IMG/VR virus record: IMGVR_UViG_3300020294_000028
Coordinates: 1 to 26,795 of that record
Strand: one strand, 5' to 3'
Origin: a virus
Lineage: Duplodnaviria > Caudoviricetes
DNA: 26,795 nucleotides
Below are positions 1 through 7,423 of this stretch, piece by piece (within the stretch, counting starts at the first letter, position 1; the number at the start of each line of letters is the position of its first letter). The notes below the pieces were generated by a model. The model ran no database searches and was not told where the DNA came from. It saw only the letters and a list, made by a program, of their open reading frames with translations. Made by a program: the position numbers and the translations under genes.

Positions 1-996
1 TTACAAAGACAACTTATAAAGCATTTTGACTTGGAGGTTGTAAGAGATAATGCGAAGGATAAAGTCATCGAACTCTCGAATGGATCGACCATCCGAATGG
101 GTTCTATTAACCAAGTGGATAGCTGCGTTGGTCGTAGTTATGATCTCATTATCTTTGACGAAGCCGCTCTGGTTGATGGTCGCGACGCTTTTAACGTAGC
201 TCTACGACCTACACTAGACAAAGAGAATTCAAAAGCATTATTTATATCTACACCAAGAGGAAGAAACAACTGGTTTAGTCAATTTTGGAACAGAGGGTAT
301 ACACAAGACTTTCCAGAGTGGTGCTCAATAAGAGCAAGCTATAAAGATAACCCAAGGATGAGCGAGGCAGATATTTCAGAGGCAAGGAAGTCGATGTCTG
401 ATGCTGAATTTAGACAGGAATATGAAGCAGATTTTAACACATACGAAGGACAGGTTTGGAGTTTTAATTTCGAAGAGTGCATACAGGATCTCTCTGAGTT
501 TGATACTACATCAATGGATGTATTTGCTGGGCTTGACGTTGGCTATAAGGATCCTACCGCTTTTTGTGTAATTGCATACGACTGGGATACAGAAAAATTT
601 TATCTCGTCGATGAGTACATGAATGCAGAAAGAACTACGGAGCAACACGCAGGCGAGATACAGAAACTTATAGACAAGTGGGATATTGACTTTATCTATA
701 TTGATTCTGCAGCGCAACAAACTCGATTTGACTTTGCACAAAACTTTGACATTTCCACTATCAATGCGAAGAAGTCTGTACTAGACGGAATAGCGCATGT
801 AGCAGGAATTGTAGATAATGATAAGCTTATCATGGATCAGAGATGTGCAGAAAGTCAGTACTCGATTGAAGCTTATCAGTGGGACTCAAACCCAAATCTT
901 ATGAAAGAGCGGCCGAAGCATGACCGTTCCTCACACATGGCAGATGCATTACGATATGCTCTGTATTCATTCATTACTTCAAACAGCACGTTCTAA
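1..996 (+). CDS. terL: Terminase large subunit, 5'-truncated (C-terminal ATPase part and RNase H-like nuclease domain), T5-like
   Basis: The frame is open from base 1 (LQRQLIKHFDLEVVRDN...), so the gene starts upstream of the window. Walker B LIIFDEAA, coupling motif FISTPRG, nuclease motifs AGLDVG, YIDSAA and HMADALRYA. Lies upstream of the portal. Confidence 0.96.
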   Translation, partial: LQRQLIKHFDLEVVRDNAKDKVIELSNGSTIRMGSINQVDSCVGRSYDLIIFDEAALVDGRDAFNVALRPTLDKENSKALFISTPRGRNNWFSQFWNRGYTQDFPEWCSIRASYKDNPRMSEADISEARKSMSDAEFRQEYEADFNTYEGQVWSFNFEECIQDLSEFDTTSMDVFAGLDVGYKDPTAFCVIAYDWDTEKFYLVDEYMNAERTTEQHAGEIQKLIDKWDIDFIYIDSAAQQTRFDFAQNFDISTINAKKSVLDGIAHVAGIVDNDKLIMDQRCAESQYSIEAYQWDSNPNLMKERPKHDRSSHMADALRYALYSFITSNSTF

Positions 997-998
997 TG

Positions 999-1047
999 AT
1001 ACCTCCAAAAAATAGTGTTTGACAAGTTATCTAAAAGTAGATATAAT
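999..1047 (+). promoter_or_regulatory. Sigma70 promoter P1 with A-tract UP element
   Basis: TTGACA (1019-1024), 17-bp spacer, TATAAT (1042-1047), preceded by AAAAAATA; lies just after the terL stop. Confidence 0.92.
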
Positions 1048-1077
1048 TCTTTTTATAGATATAACTGCGGAACCAAA

Positions 1078-1443
1078 ATGCCTAAGTTAAAACGTGACGT
1101 AGTAAAGTATGTACGAGATAAAGCAAAATCCAAGTATATAAAGGCGACGAAATGCTATATTTGCGGTGAAGAAACTCGATTGGATTTTCACCACTACTAT
1201 AGCTTGACGGCATTACTCAACAACTGGCTAGTGGATAATAACCTAAATCCTGATTATATTCAAGCACTGAGAGAGGACTTTATAGAAGAACATCACGAGG
1301 AACTTTACATACATACAGTTACTTTATGTCAACGACACCACAAACTCCTTCATTCAGTTTATGGAAAAGAGCCATCATTAGCTACAGCACATAAGCAGAT
1401 TAGATGGGTAGAGATTCAAAGGGCAAAACATGGCATGGTATGA
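1078..1443 (+). CDS. HNH-type site-specific nicking endonuclease (T5 SciB-like), about 121 aa
   Basis: CYICG...LDFHH...VTLCQRHHKLLH zinc/His-Me pattern; position between terL and portal as in T5. Start moved to ATG 1078 because the track's GTG start at 1015 lies within promoter P1. Confidence 0.85.
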   Translation: MPKLKRDVVKYVRDKAKSKYIKATKCYICGEETRLDFHHYYSLTALLNNWLVDNNLNPDYIQALREDFIEEHHEELYIHTVTLCQRHHKLLHSVYGKEPSLATAHKQIRWVEIQRAKHGMV

Positions 1444-2611
1444 TAGACTACTCGGTAGAACAGAAAAGTTAAATCCATCTCAGGAAATTATGGGAGGAGG
1501 CTCCGAAACAACACGAGAGCCAACTGTTAGCTACGAACGGCAATATGAAGAACTAGAAATAGTCAATCGTGCCGTAAATATGGTTGTAGACGATACAGCA
1601 GAAATACCCTGTCTTGTTACAGGAAACAATAAATTAAACGGTGTTATAAAAGGAATAAAACGAGCAAAGGTTGATACGTTACTAAACTATGAGCCTAATC
1701 TTTTTCAAGATGTAAATACTTTTAAAAGAAACTTAATTACTGACTTTATTCTTGATGGAAATATTTTTATATACTTTGATGGAGTACACCTCTATCATCT
1801 TCCGTCAAGCAAGGTGTCGATAAAGTCAAGTACAGATACGTATATAGAAGGCTACACGTTTTCAAATAGTATTCAGTATTCTCCTCAGGAGATAGTTCAT
1901 ATTAAAGAAAACTCCTTCTACTCAATATACAGAGGTGTTCCAAGATTAAGTCCAGCTCTAAGAACGATGCAACTTATGGCATCAATGAGAAAGTTTCAAG
2001 ATAACTTTTTTAAGAATGGAGCAGTTCCAGGTTTAGTACTCAAGAGCCCAAATACACTGTCTGAAAAGATCAAAGAGAGAATGATACAGTCATGGGGAGT
2101 ACGATACAGACCTGAAGCTGGAGGCAAAAGACCTCTAATATTGGATGGCGGTATAGAGATAGACTCATATTCGCAGACAAACTTTAAAGATTTAGACTTT
2201 CAGAATTCTATCGCTGAAAACGAAAAAATTATTCTGAAAGCAATAGGAGTACCTCCTATATTATTAGACTCAGGAAACAATGCAAACATTCGACCAAATA
2301 TGAGAATGTACTATCTTGAGACAATATTACCAATTGTAAGAAAAGTAAATTTTGCATTTGAAAGATACTTTGGATTTACCATAAAAGAAGACGTATCGAA
2401 TATACCTGCACTGCAGCCAGAGTTAAGAGACTCAGCCGCATACTTTACCTCCCTAGTAAATGGAGGTATTATTACAGCAGCAGAAGCTCGGGAACGTTTA
2501 GGTTTCCCAGAGATTGAAGGTACTGAAGAAATACGAGTTCCTGCAAACGTAGCTGGAAGCGCAGGAAACCCATCAGAAGGCGGAAGACCAGTAGAAGAGG
2601 AAGAAGATTAA
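1430..2611 (+). CDS. Portal protein (HK97 family, T5 pb7-like)
   Basis: 393 aa with LLNYEPN, ILDGNIF, EIVHIK, FFKNGAVPG, ILKAIGVPPILL and GGIITAAEARERLG portal motifs; synteny. Confidence 0.95.
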   Translation: MAWYDRLLGRTEKLNPSQEIMGGGSETTREPTVSYERQYEELEIVNRAVNMVVDDTAEIPCLVTGNNKLNGVIKGIKRAKVDTLLNYEPNLFQDVNTFKRNLITDFILDGNIFIYFDGVHLYHLPSSKVSIKSSTDTYIEGYTFSNSIQYSPQEIVHIKENSFYSIYRGVPRLSPALRTMQLMASMRKFQDNFFKNGAVPGLVLKSPNTLSEKIKERMIQSWGVRYRPEAGGKRPLILDGGIEIDSYSQTNFKDLDFQNSIAENEKIILKAIGVPPILLDSGNNANIRPNMRMYYLETILPIVRKVNFAFERYFGFTIKEDVSNIPALQPELRDSAAYFTSLVNGGIITAAEARERLGFPEIEGTEEIRVPANVAGSAGNPSEGGRPVEEEED

Positions 2612-2889
2612 TGGCAACAATGTCACAGAGAAAAAGATTAGGAAGAAACTTAGCAATGTACTTTGCTGAAAGAGGATCAATTCCAACAAGTCCAAAAGAA
2701 TTTAGAGACTGTCCTTTCCGTCCAAAACTCATAAAGATAATTACAATACAAAAAGTTTTTAAATCATGGTCAGCTATGGTTGCGTTTGTAAGTAGCGATT
2801 TACAATGTAAAGCAATCTTAGATACCATTACTAAAGATGTTCCTAAAGATCCTCTCGAGGAATTAAGAGCAAAGTCAACTGGGGTATAA
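2611..2889 (+). CDS. Small hypothetical protein resembling the homing-endonuclease-associated (HNH) repeat
   Basis: 92 aa; TAATG overlap with the portal stop; pattern ERGSIPTSPKEF...TIQKVFKSWSAM. Confidence 0.7.
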   Translation: MATMSQRKRLGRNLAMYFAERGSIPTSPKEFRDCPFRPKLIKIITIQKVFKSWSAMVAFVSSDLQCKAILDTITKDVPKDPLEELRAKSTGV

Positions 2890-2890
2890 G

Positions 2891-4864
2891 ATGCAAAAAG
2901 TATTTAATCTAACATCCACGTTTAAATCAGAGACTATTGAAGACGGTAGTGTAATGATACGTGGCATGGCAAGCACTACTGCTTTTGATCGCGCAGGCGA
3001 TTCAATTGATGCAGATGCTTGGACAAAAGGTGGTTTGCAAAACTTTGAGAAGAATCCTATCATTCTTTTTAACCATGACTATAATCGACCAATTGGTCGC
3101 GCGACAAAACTCACTGCAACAAATGACGGACTACATATGGAGGCAAAAATTAGTAAAGCTTCCAAAGATGTAGCCGAATTAGTTAAAGACGGTGTCCTTG
3201 GGGCCTTTTCTGTTGGTTTCCGAGTCAAGGATGCTGATTATTTAGAGGAAACCGACGGATTAAAGATAAAGGACGCTGAGTTGTTTGAAGTATCGGTAGT
3301 ATCGGTACCTTGTAACCAAGCAGCTACTTTTTCACTGGCGAAGTCTTTTGACTCCACTTCGGAGTATGAAGAATTCAAAAAAACTTTCACTAATAGTGAC
3401 GGGGCGATAGTCCGAAAGGAGACAAATATGTCTGATGAGACACAACCATCCGTTGACTTGGAAGCTCTTGCTAAAAAAGTAGCTGAAGAAACAGCAGCTA
3501 AAATTGCAATGAAGCAAGCCGAGCAAAAGGCAGTTGATGAGGCTGCTAAAAAAGAAGCTGATGCGGAGGCGGAAGCCAAAGTTCAGCAAGAAGAGAAAGT
3601 TAAGTCTGCAATCAAAACCGGTATTGAAACTGGTGCTGAGCGCTTACTTAAGGATCTTGAAGAAAAGCTTAATGCACAATCAGCTGACACAGCTGAAATT
3701 ATTAAGCAGCACGAAGAAGTGCTAAAAGAGAAGCAGGAAGAGATTGAGCAAATGAGAACGTCTAAGCGCGTTTTTGCTAATCGTGCAGGCGAGTTGGATG
3801 CTGCTGTTAAAGAAGAGCTCCTCCATGCAAGCATTCTTGGTAAGGTTCTCAAGAAGCAAATTATCGACACTCAGTTTGGTCGTGAAGTAATTGAGAAAGC
3901 TGGTGTTGACTTCGGTAGTGCCACAACTTCTGCAAACATCGATGTTGCAGTAGCTTCAACTTTTGAAGAAGCTGTTAAGATCGAGCAGAAGATTGCTCCT
4001 CTCTTTAGAGAGATTCAGGTACAATCCGGTGCAACTGTATTGCCAATCATTCCTGACACTGAAAGTGCAAACTTCAATTCAGGTGGACTCAGTACAACAG
4101 CTAATTTGTTGGAAGAGAAAGGTGCAAGTGATAACAACTTCACCGTTGGAAACATAATATTGAAAGCTCACAGATTGATTTCAGGAACCTTCCTGGACAA
4201 CAATACTGACGAGCAAGTAATTGTTACATTGCTTCCAATACTTACTCCAGCTCTTGCACGTGCACACGCAAAAGCAATTGATGCTGCCATCATAGTAGGT
4301 AACTCTTCTATAGTTGGTATTTGTGGTGCTGCTGGTACAGACGGAAGTGGATCTTTCTTAGCGTTTGATTCAACTCTTGTAACTGACCCAGATGCTTCTG
4401 GTACTTCTGATGCTGTTACTTCTGCTAACTTACTCTCAATTCGTTCAGAAATGGGTAAGTTTGGCTTGAACCCAAGCGATGTAGCTTATATAGTACCCGT
4501 TGACCAGTACTTCAACTTGATTGGAGACGCAGGATTCTCTGACGTTTCTGAAGTTGGATCTGAGCTCGCACTCAAGCGTCTTGGCGTTGTAGGAGCAATC
4601 TACGGATCTCCTGTAATTGCTACTGATGCGCTTGCAAGCAGCACAGGTGCAGGTGGTGCTGTAACAGGTACTGCTGCTGTTGCGGTTAACATTCGTAACT
4701 TTGTTATTCCTCGTCTTCGAGGTGTTAACATCGAAACTGATTACGAAGTTGCAAACCAGCGTACAGCACTTGTTGCTTCCCAGTCTCTCGGCTTTGCCGA
4801 ACTGGAAGCGAAAGCTGGCGCTCACCCAGGTGACAACGGTTCAGTAAGAATTGAGTATCAGTAG
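2891..4864 (+). CDS. Fused HK97-type prohead protease, scaffold (delta) domain and major capsid protein
   Basis: Residues 1-~165 carry protease motifs (GMAST..FDRAGD, NPIILFNHD...PIG, FSVGF, LFEVSVVSVPCN). Residues ~180-300 are an E/K/A-rich coiled coil. The remainder is HK97-fold-like (VGAIYGSPVI, VNIETDYEVANQRTALVASQSLGF). No stop codon between the parts. Confidence 0.93.
   Translation: MQKVFNLTSTFKSETIEDGSVMIRGMASTTAFDRAGDSIDADAWTKGGLQNFEKNPIILFNHDYNRPIGRATKLTATNDGLHMEAKISKASKDVAELVKDGVLGAFSVGFRVKDADYLEETDGLKIKDAELFEVSVVSVPCNQAATFSLAKSFDSTSEYEEFKKTFTNSDGAIVRKETNMSDETQPSVDLEALAKKVAEETAAKIAMKQAEQKAVDEAAKKEADAEAEAKVQQEEKVKSAIKTGIETGAERLLKDLEEKLNAQSADTAEIIKQHEEVLKEKQEEIEQMRTSKRVFANRAGELDAAVKEELLHASILGKVLKKQIIDTQFGREVIEKAGVDFGSATTSANIDVAVASTFEEAVKIEQKIAPLFREIQVQSGATVLPIIPDTESANFNSGGLSTTANLLEEKGASDNNFTVGNIILKAHRLISGTFLDNNTDEQVIVTLLPILTPALARAHAKAIDAAIIVGNSSIVGICGAAGTDGSGSFLAFDSTLVTDPDASGTSDAVTSANLLSIRSEMGKFGLNPSDVAYIVPVDQYFNLIGDAGFSDVSEVGSELALKRLGVVGAIYGSPVIATDALASSTGAGGAVTGTAAVAVNIRNFVIPRLRGVNIETDYEVANQRTALVASQSLGFAELEAKAGAHPGDNGSVRIEYQ
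3416..3430 (+). promoter_or_regulatory. Internal ribosome binding site and in-frame ATG (Met180) for the scaffold-capsid moiety
   Basis: AAGGAG (3416-3421), 6 nt, then ATG (3428-3430), in frame with 2891 and at the protease/scaffold boundary. Confidence 0.78.
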
Positions 4865-4888
4865 ATAATACTGATAGTCTTCATAATT

Positions 4889-4920
4889 ACTCGGGGGAGG
4901 GTTTCCTCCCCCAAGTTTTT
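4889..4920 (+). terminator. Intrinsic terminator after the major capsid gene
   Basis: GGGGGAGG-GTTT-CCTCCCCC (8-bp stem, 4893-4912) followed by AAGTTTTT. Confidence 0.88.
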
Positions 4921-4932
4921 ACTAAGGTACTT

Positions 4933-5523
4933 ATGGCTGATTTAATTACGGTACAGGACTACAAAACTGCAGAAGGCATCACTCAACCAAAAGATGATGC
5001 ACGCCTTACTGTACTCATTCCGTCCATAAGTGAATTAGTAAAAACTTATTGTGGTAATACTTTTGTAGACTTTTTTTCTTCGAACAAGACAGAAACTTTT
5101 AACATTGATTGGAGCACGTACATTGTGCAACTTACTGAAAGTCCAGTCAATGCCATTGTAAGTGTGCAAGAAAGAGATAATTATAGCGGGTCTTATACAA
5201 CACTTACAACAGGTGCTTATGAATACTTTCTAAACTCTGAAACAGACAGTGTGTTTAGAACAACAGATTCAGGTGGCTACAAAAACTGGCCTATTGGTGT
5301 AGGAGCAGTAAAAGTTGTATACACTGCAGGATACTCGGCTGTACCTTCAGATTTGAAACTGGCAGTTCTTGATCTTGTAACATACTACTTGAGAGATGAA
5401 CATAAACAACGACAGAGTATTGCTGGAGCAAGTATTCAGAATCAGTCGAGCACAAGTCAGCGCAATAATGTGTCTTTTCCAGATCACATTAAAAGAGTAC
5501 TAGACTTGTATAAGAATTTTTAA
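4933..5523 (+). CDS. Head-tail connector / head completion protein (T5 p144-like)
   Basis: 196 aa; MADLIT..DYK, VKVVYTAGYSAVPSDLKLAVLDLVTYY and FPDHIKRVLDLYK; directly after the capsid gene. Confidence 0.88.
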   Translation: MADLITVQDYKTAEGITQPKDDARLTVLIPSISELVKTYCGNTFVDFFSSNKTETFNIDWSTYIVQLTESPVNAIVSVQERDNYSGSYTTLTTGAYEYFLNSETDSVFRTTDSGGYKNWPIGVGAVKVVYTAGYSAVPSDLKLAVLDLVTYYLRDEHKQRQSIAGASIQNQSSTSQRNNVSFPDHIKRVLDLYKNF

Positions 5524-6908
5524 TGAGTAAGAGTGCTTTTCGAAAAGAAGTCTCAAAAGTTCTGCTAGAAGATTTTAATCGTAGAAGCGATAAATTAGTT
5601 GCACAAGCTTCAAGAATTCTTTTACAATCGGCGGCAGTTCAGCAATGTATAGTTTTAAAGACAAAACAAACTCATGCAATACAAGCAGGGTTTGAAGAAG
5701 GAATAGCTCCAGCTAAACTTACATCAGCTCAAAAAACAAGATATAGAAGAGAACTTAAACAGTATATTAGAGGATTATCACAGCCTTTTCCTGAAAAACA
5801 ACCAGGTGCTGTATATTTTTTGAAGTTAGTAAAAAGAAACAAACTAATTTTTGGTAGAAGTATTTTTTATATTCCTTTAACGTTTGATGGTATCAAAGAA
5901 AAAATACATGATTTTAATGAGTCTTTTTTAAAAAGACTTAAGAAGCCTCAAGCAAGCTACAATAAAGAGGCTTCAGGATCAACAACACACTTAGATCATG
6001 GGGCTGATGGAACTGCATCAGGACTAGTTGGAGCAGCAACAGGCGCAATACAAGTAGCACGAAGACAAGGCAAAGAGATAGACGAAGAAGTATTTGGGAA
6101 AAACTTACAACTTGTTTTAGGACAAGGCATAAAATCACTTGCCGGAAAACGAATAGTTGCTCCTCTGATGAAACTCCTTACAGAAGCAAAACAACATGTA
6201 ACGAGTACAGGAGGTTTAGAAGCTGGCTTAAGCATGATTCTTACACCAGTGTCAGCAGAAGTAAATCTTGGCAATGCAGCAGAAGAAAAAGCAATACAAG
6301 AAGCGTTCTTACAAGCTGTTCAAATGACAATAACTGGTGAGAAATATGTAGACTTAGAAGGCTCAAGTTCGTTAAAACAAAAATTAGAAGCTCTTTATAC
6401 TTTAAATGTTACAAGCAAATTAAAAAATAAAAAGAATGTAAAAATAAAAAATGCTTCAACAGCTAAGTTAAAAACCAGAACAAAAGTCGAAGAGAAAGGA
6501 GAAGAAGGAAAACAGCACAACGTAAAGGCTCCAAGAGTAAGAGGAAGAGCAGCAAAAAGAAGACAAAGTACTAAGGGAGCACAAGGCAATTCAATGTTTT
6601 CAATGGTAGCACTTATTAATCAAAAGCTTCCACAAACAGTAAGAAAGAATATGAAAGAGCCAGCTTTAGTAAACAGATCTGGTAGATTTGCTGAAAGTGT
6701 AAAAGTGACAGATGTTACTCAAACTCGACAAGGATTTCCAAGTTTAGGATATCAATATGCAACTAGACCCTATCAAGTATTTGAAATGGGAAGAGGATCT
6801 CCACCATGGTCAACACCAGACAGAGACCCTCGTAGACTGATAGAAGGATCAATAAGAGAAGTGGCAGCTACTTTGGCAATGGGAAGATTTTACACTAGGA
6901 GACTATAA
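5523..6908 (+). CDS. Tail completion protein (T5 p143-like C-terminal domain) with a long basic N-terminal region
   Basis: 461 aa; C-terminal ALVNRSGRFAESV...YQY...PYQVFE...DPRRLIEGSIREVA; lies between p144-like and p142-like genes; TAATG coupling at both ends. Confidence 0.75.
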   Translation: MSKSAFRKEVSKVLLEDFNRRSDKLVAQASRILLQSAAVQQCIVLKTKQTHAIQAGFEEGIAPAKLTSAQKTRYRRELKQYIRGLSQPFPEKQPGAVYFLKLVKRNKLIFGRSIFYIPLTFDGIKEKIHDFNESFLKRLKKPQASYNKEASGSTTHLDHGADGTASGLVGAATGAIQVARRQGKEIDEEVFGKNLQLVLGQGIKSLAGKRIVAPLMKLLTEAKQHVTSTGGLEAGLSMILTPVSAEVNLGNAAEEKAIQEAFLQAVQMTITGEKYVDLEGSSSLKQKLEALYTLNVTSKLKNKKNVKIKNASTAKLKTRTKVEEKGEEGKQHNVKAPRVRGRAAKRRQSTKGAQGNSMFSMVALINQKLPQTVRKNMKEPALVNRSGRFAESVKVTDVTQTRQGFPSLGYQYATRPYQVFEMGRGSPPWSTPDRDPRRLIEGSIREVAATLAMGRFYTRRL

Positions 6909-7360
6909 TGGCAAACGAAAGGTTGTATACGTCTCGTAGATCAGGAATAACAAAAGCACTTGCAGAAGTATTAGGAAAGATTGATGGCAGAGGATTATAC
7001 AAACAGTCTGTTGCTGAAACAAGTCCAAGACTCAAGTTCTGGGATGAAGTAGAAGAATTTCCTGCAATACACTTAAATGCAGGCTCAGAAACTAGAGAAT
7101 ACCAAACAGGTGGTTACAAAGATAGATTTTTAAATGTAACAGTACGTTGTTATGTAAACCAAGAAGACTCAGTAGAAGCATTAGATGAACTACTAGAAGA
7201 TGTCGAAACGGTTCTTGAAGAAAATAGTCAACTACTTTACAACGATAGAAATGGGTTGGAGCAGAAAACTCAACAAATCACAATAGTTAGTATCGATACT
7301 GACGAAGGTGTGTTAGATCCTCTAGGCGTAGGTGAAATACTTATAGAGGTTCGTTACTAG
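6908..7360 (+). CDS. Tail terminator protein (T5 p142-like)
   Basis: 150 aa, acidic; FWDEVEEFPAIH, VRCYV, LLEDVETVL and SIDTDEGVLDPLGVGEI..EVRY; immediately before the tail tube gene. Confidence 0.85.
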   Translation: MANERLYTSRRSGITKALAEVLGKIDGRGLYKQSVAETSPRLKFWDEVEEFPAIHLNAGSETREYQTGGYKDRFLNVTVRCYVNQEDSVEALDELLEDVETVLEENSQLLYNDRNGLEQKTQQITIVSIDTDEGVLDPLGVGEILIEVRY

Positions 7361-7402
7361 GAAAATGCTGGCACGAACAAACGTTCACGACCCAGCCTTT
7401 TC
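7361..7402 (+). other. Predicted RNA stem-loop in the leader of the tail tube gene
   Basis: GAAAA-t-GCTGG pairs with CCAGC-c-TTTTC; inner GAAC-aaac-GTTC helix; followed by RBS AGGGAG and ATG 7424. Confidence 0.6.
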
Positions 7403-7423
7403 AAGTTCATAGGGAGATAATCT

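Noticed and set aside
1015-1077. N-terminal 21 codons of the 142-aa ORF in the track
   Set aside because: They overlap the -35 and -10 boxes of P1 and lie partly upstream of the expected transcription start; ATG 1078 is the likelier start.
2558-2565. GCGCAGG here and at 2991 and 23674 as possible nick sites (T5 nicks have a GCGC core)
   Set aside because: All three are explained by Ser/Arg-Ala-Gly codons, the count is too low to show enrichment, and this enzyme's specificity is unknown.
7369-7385. TGGCAC resembling a sigma54 -24 box
   Set aside because: No TTGC -12 element at the required spacing; the sequence is better explained as part of the hairpin.
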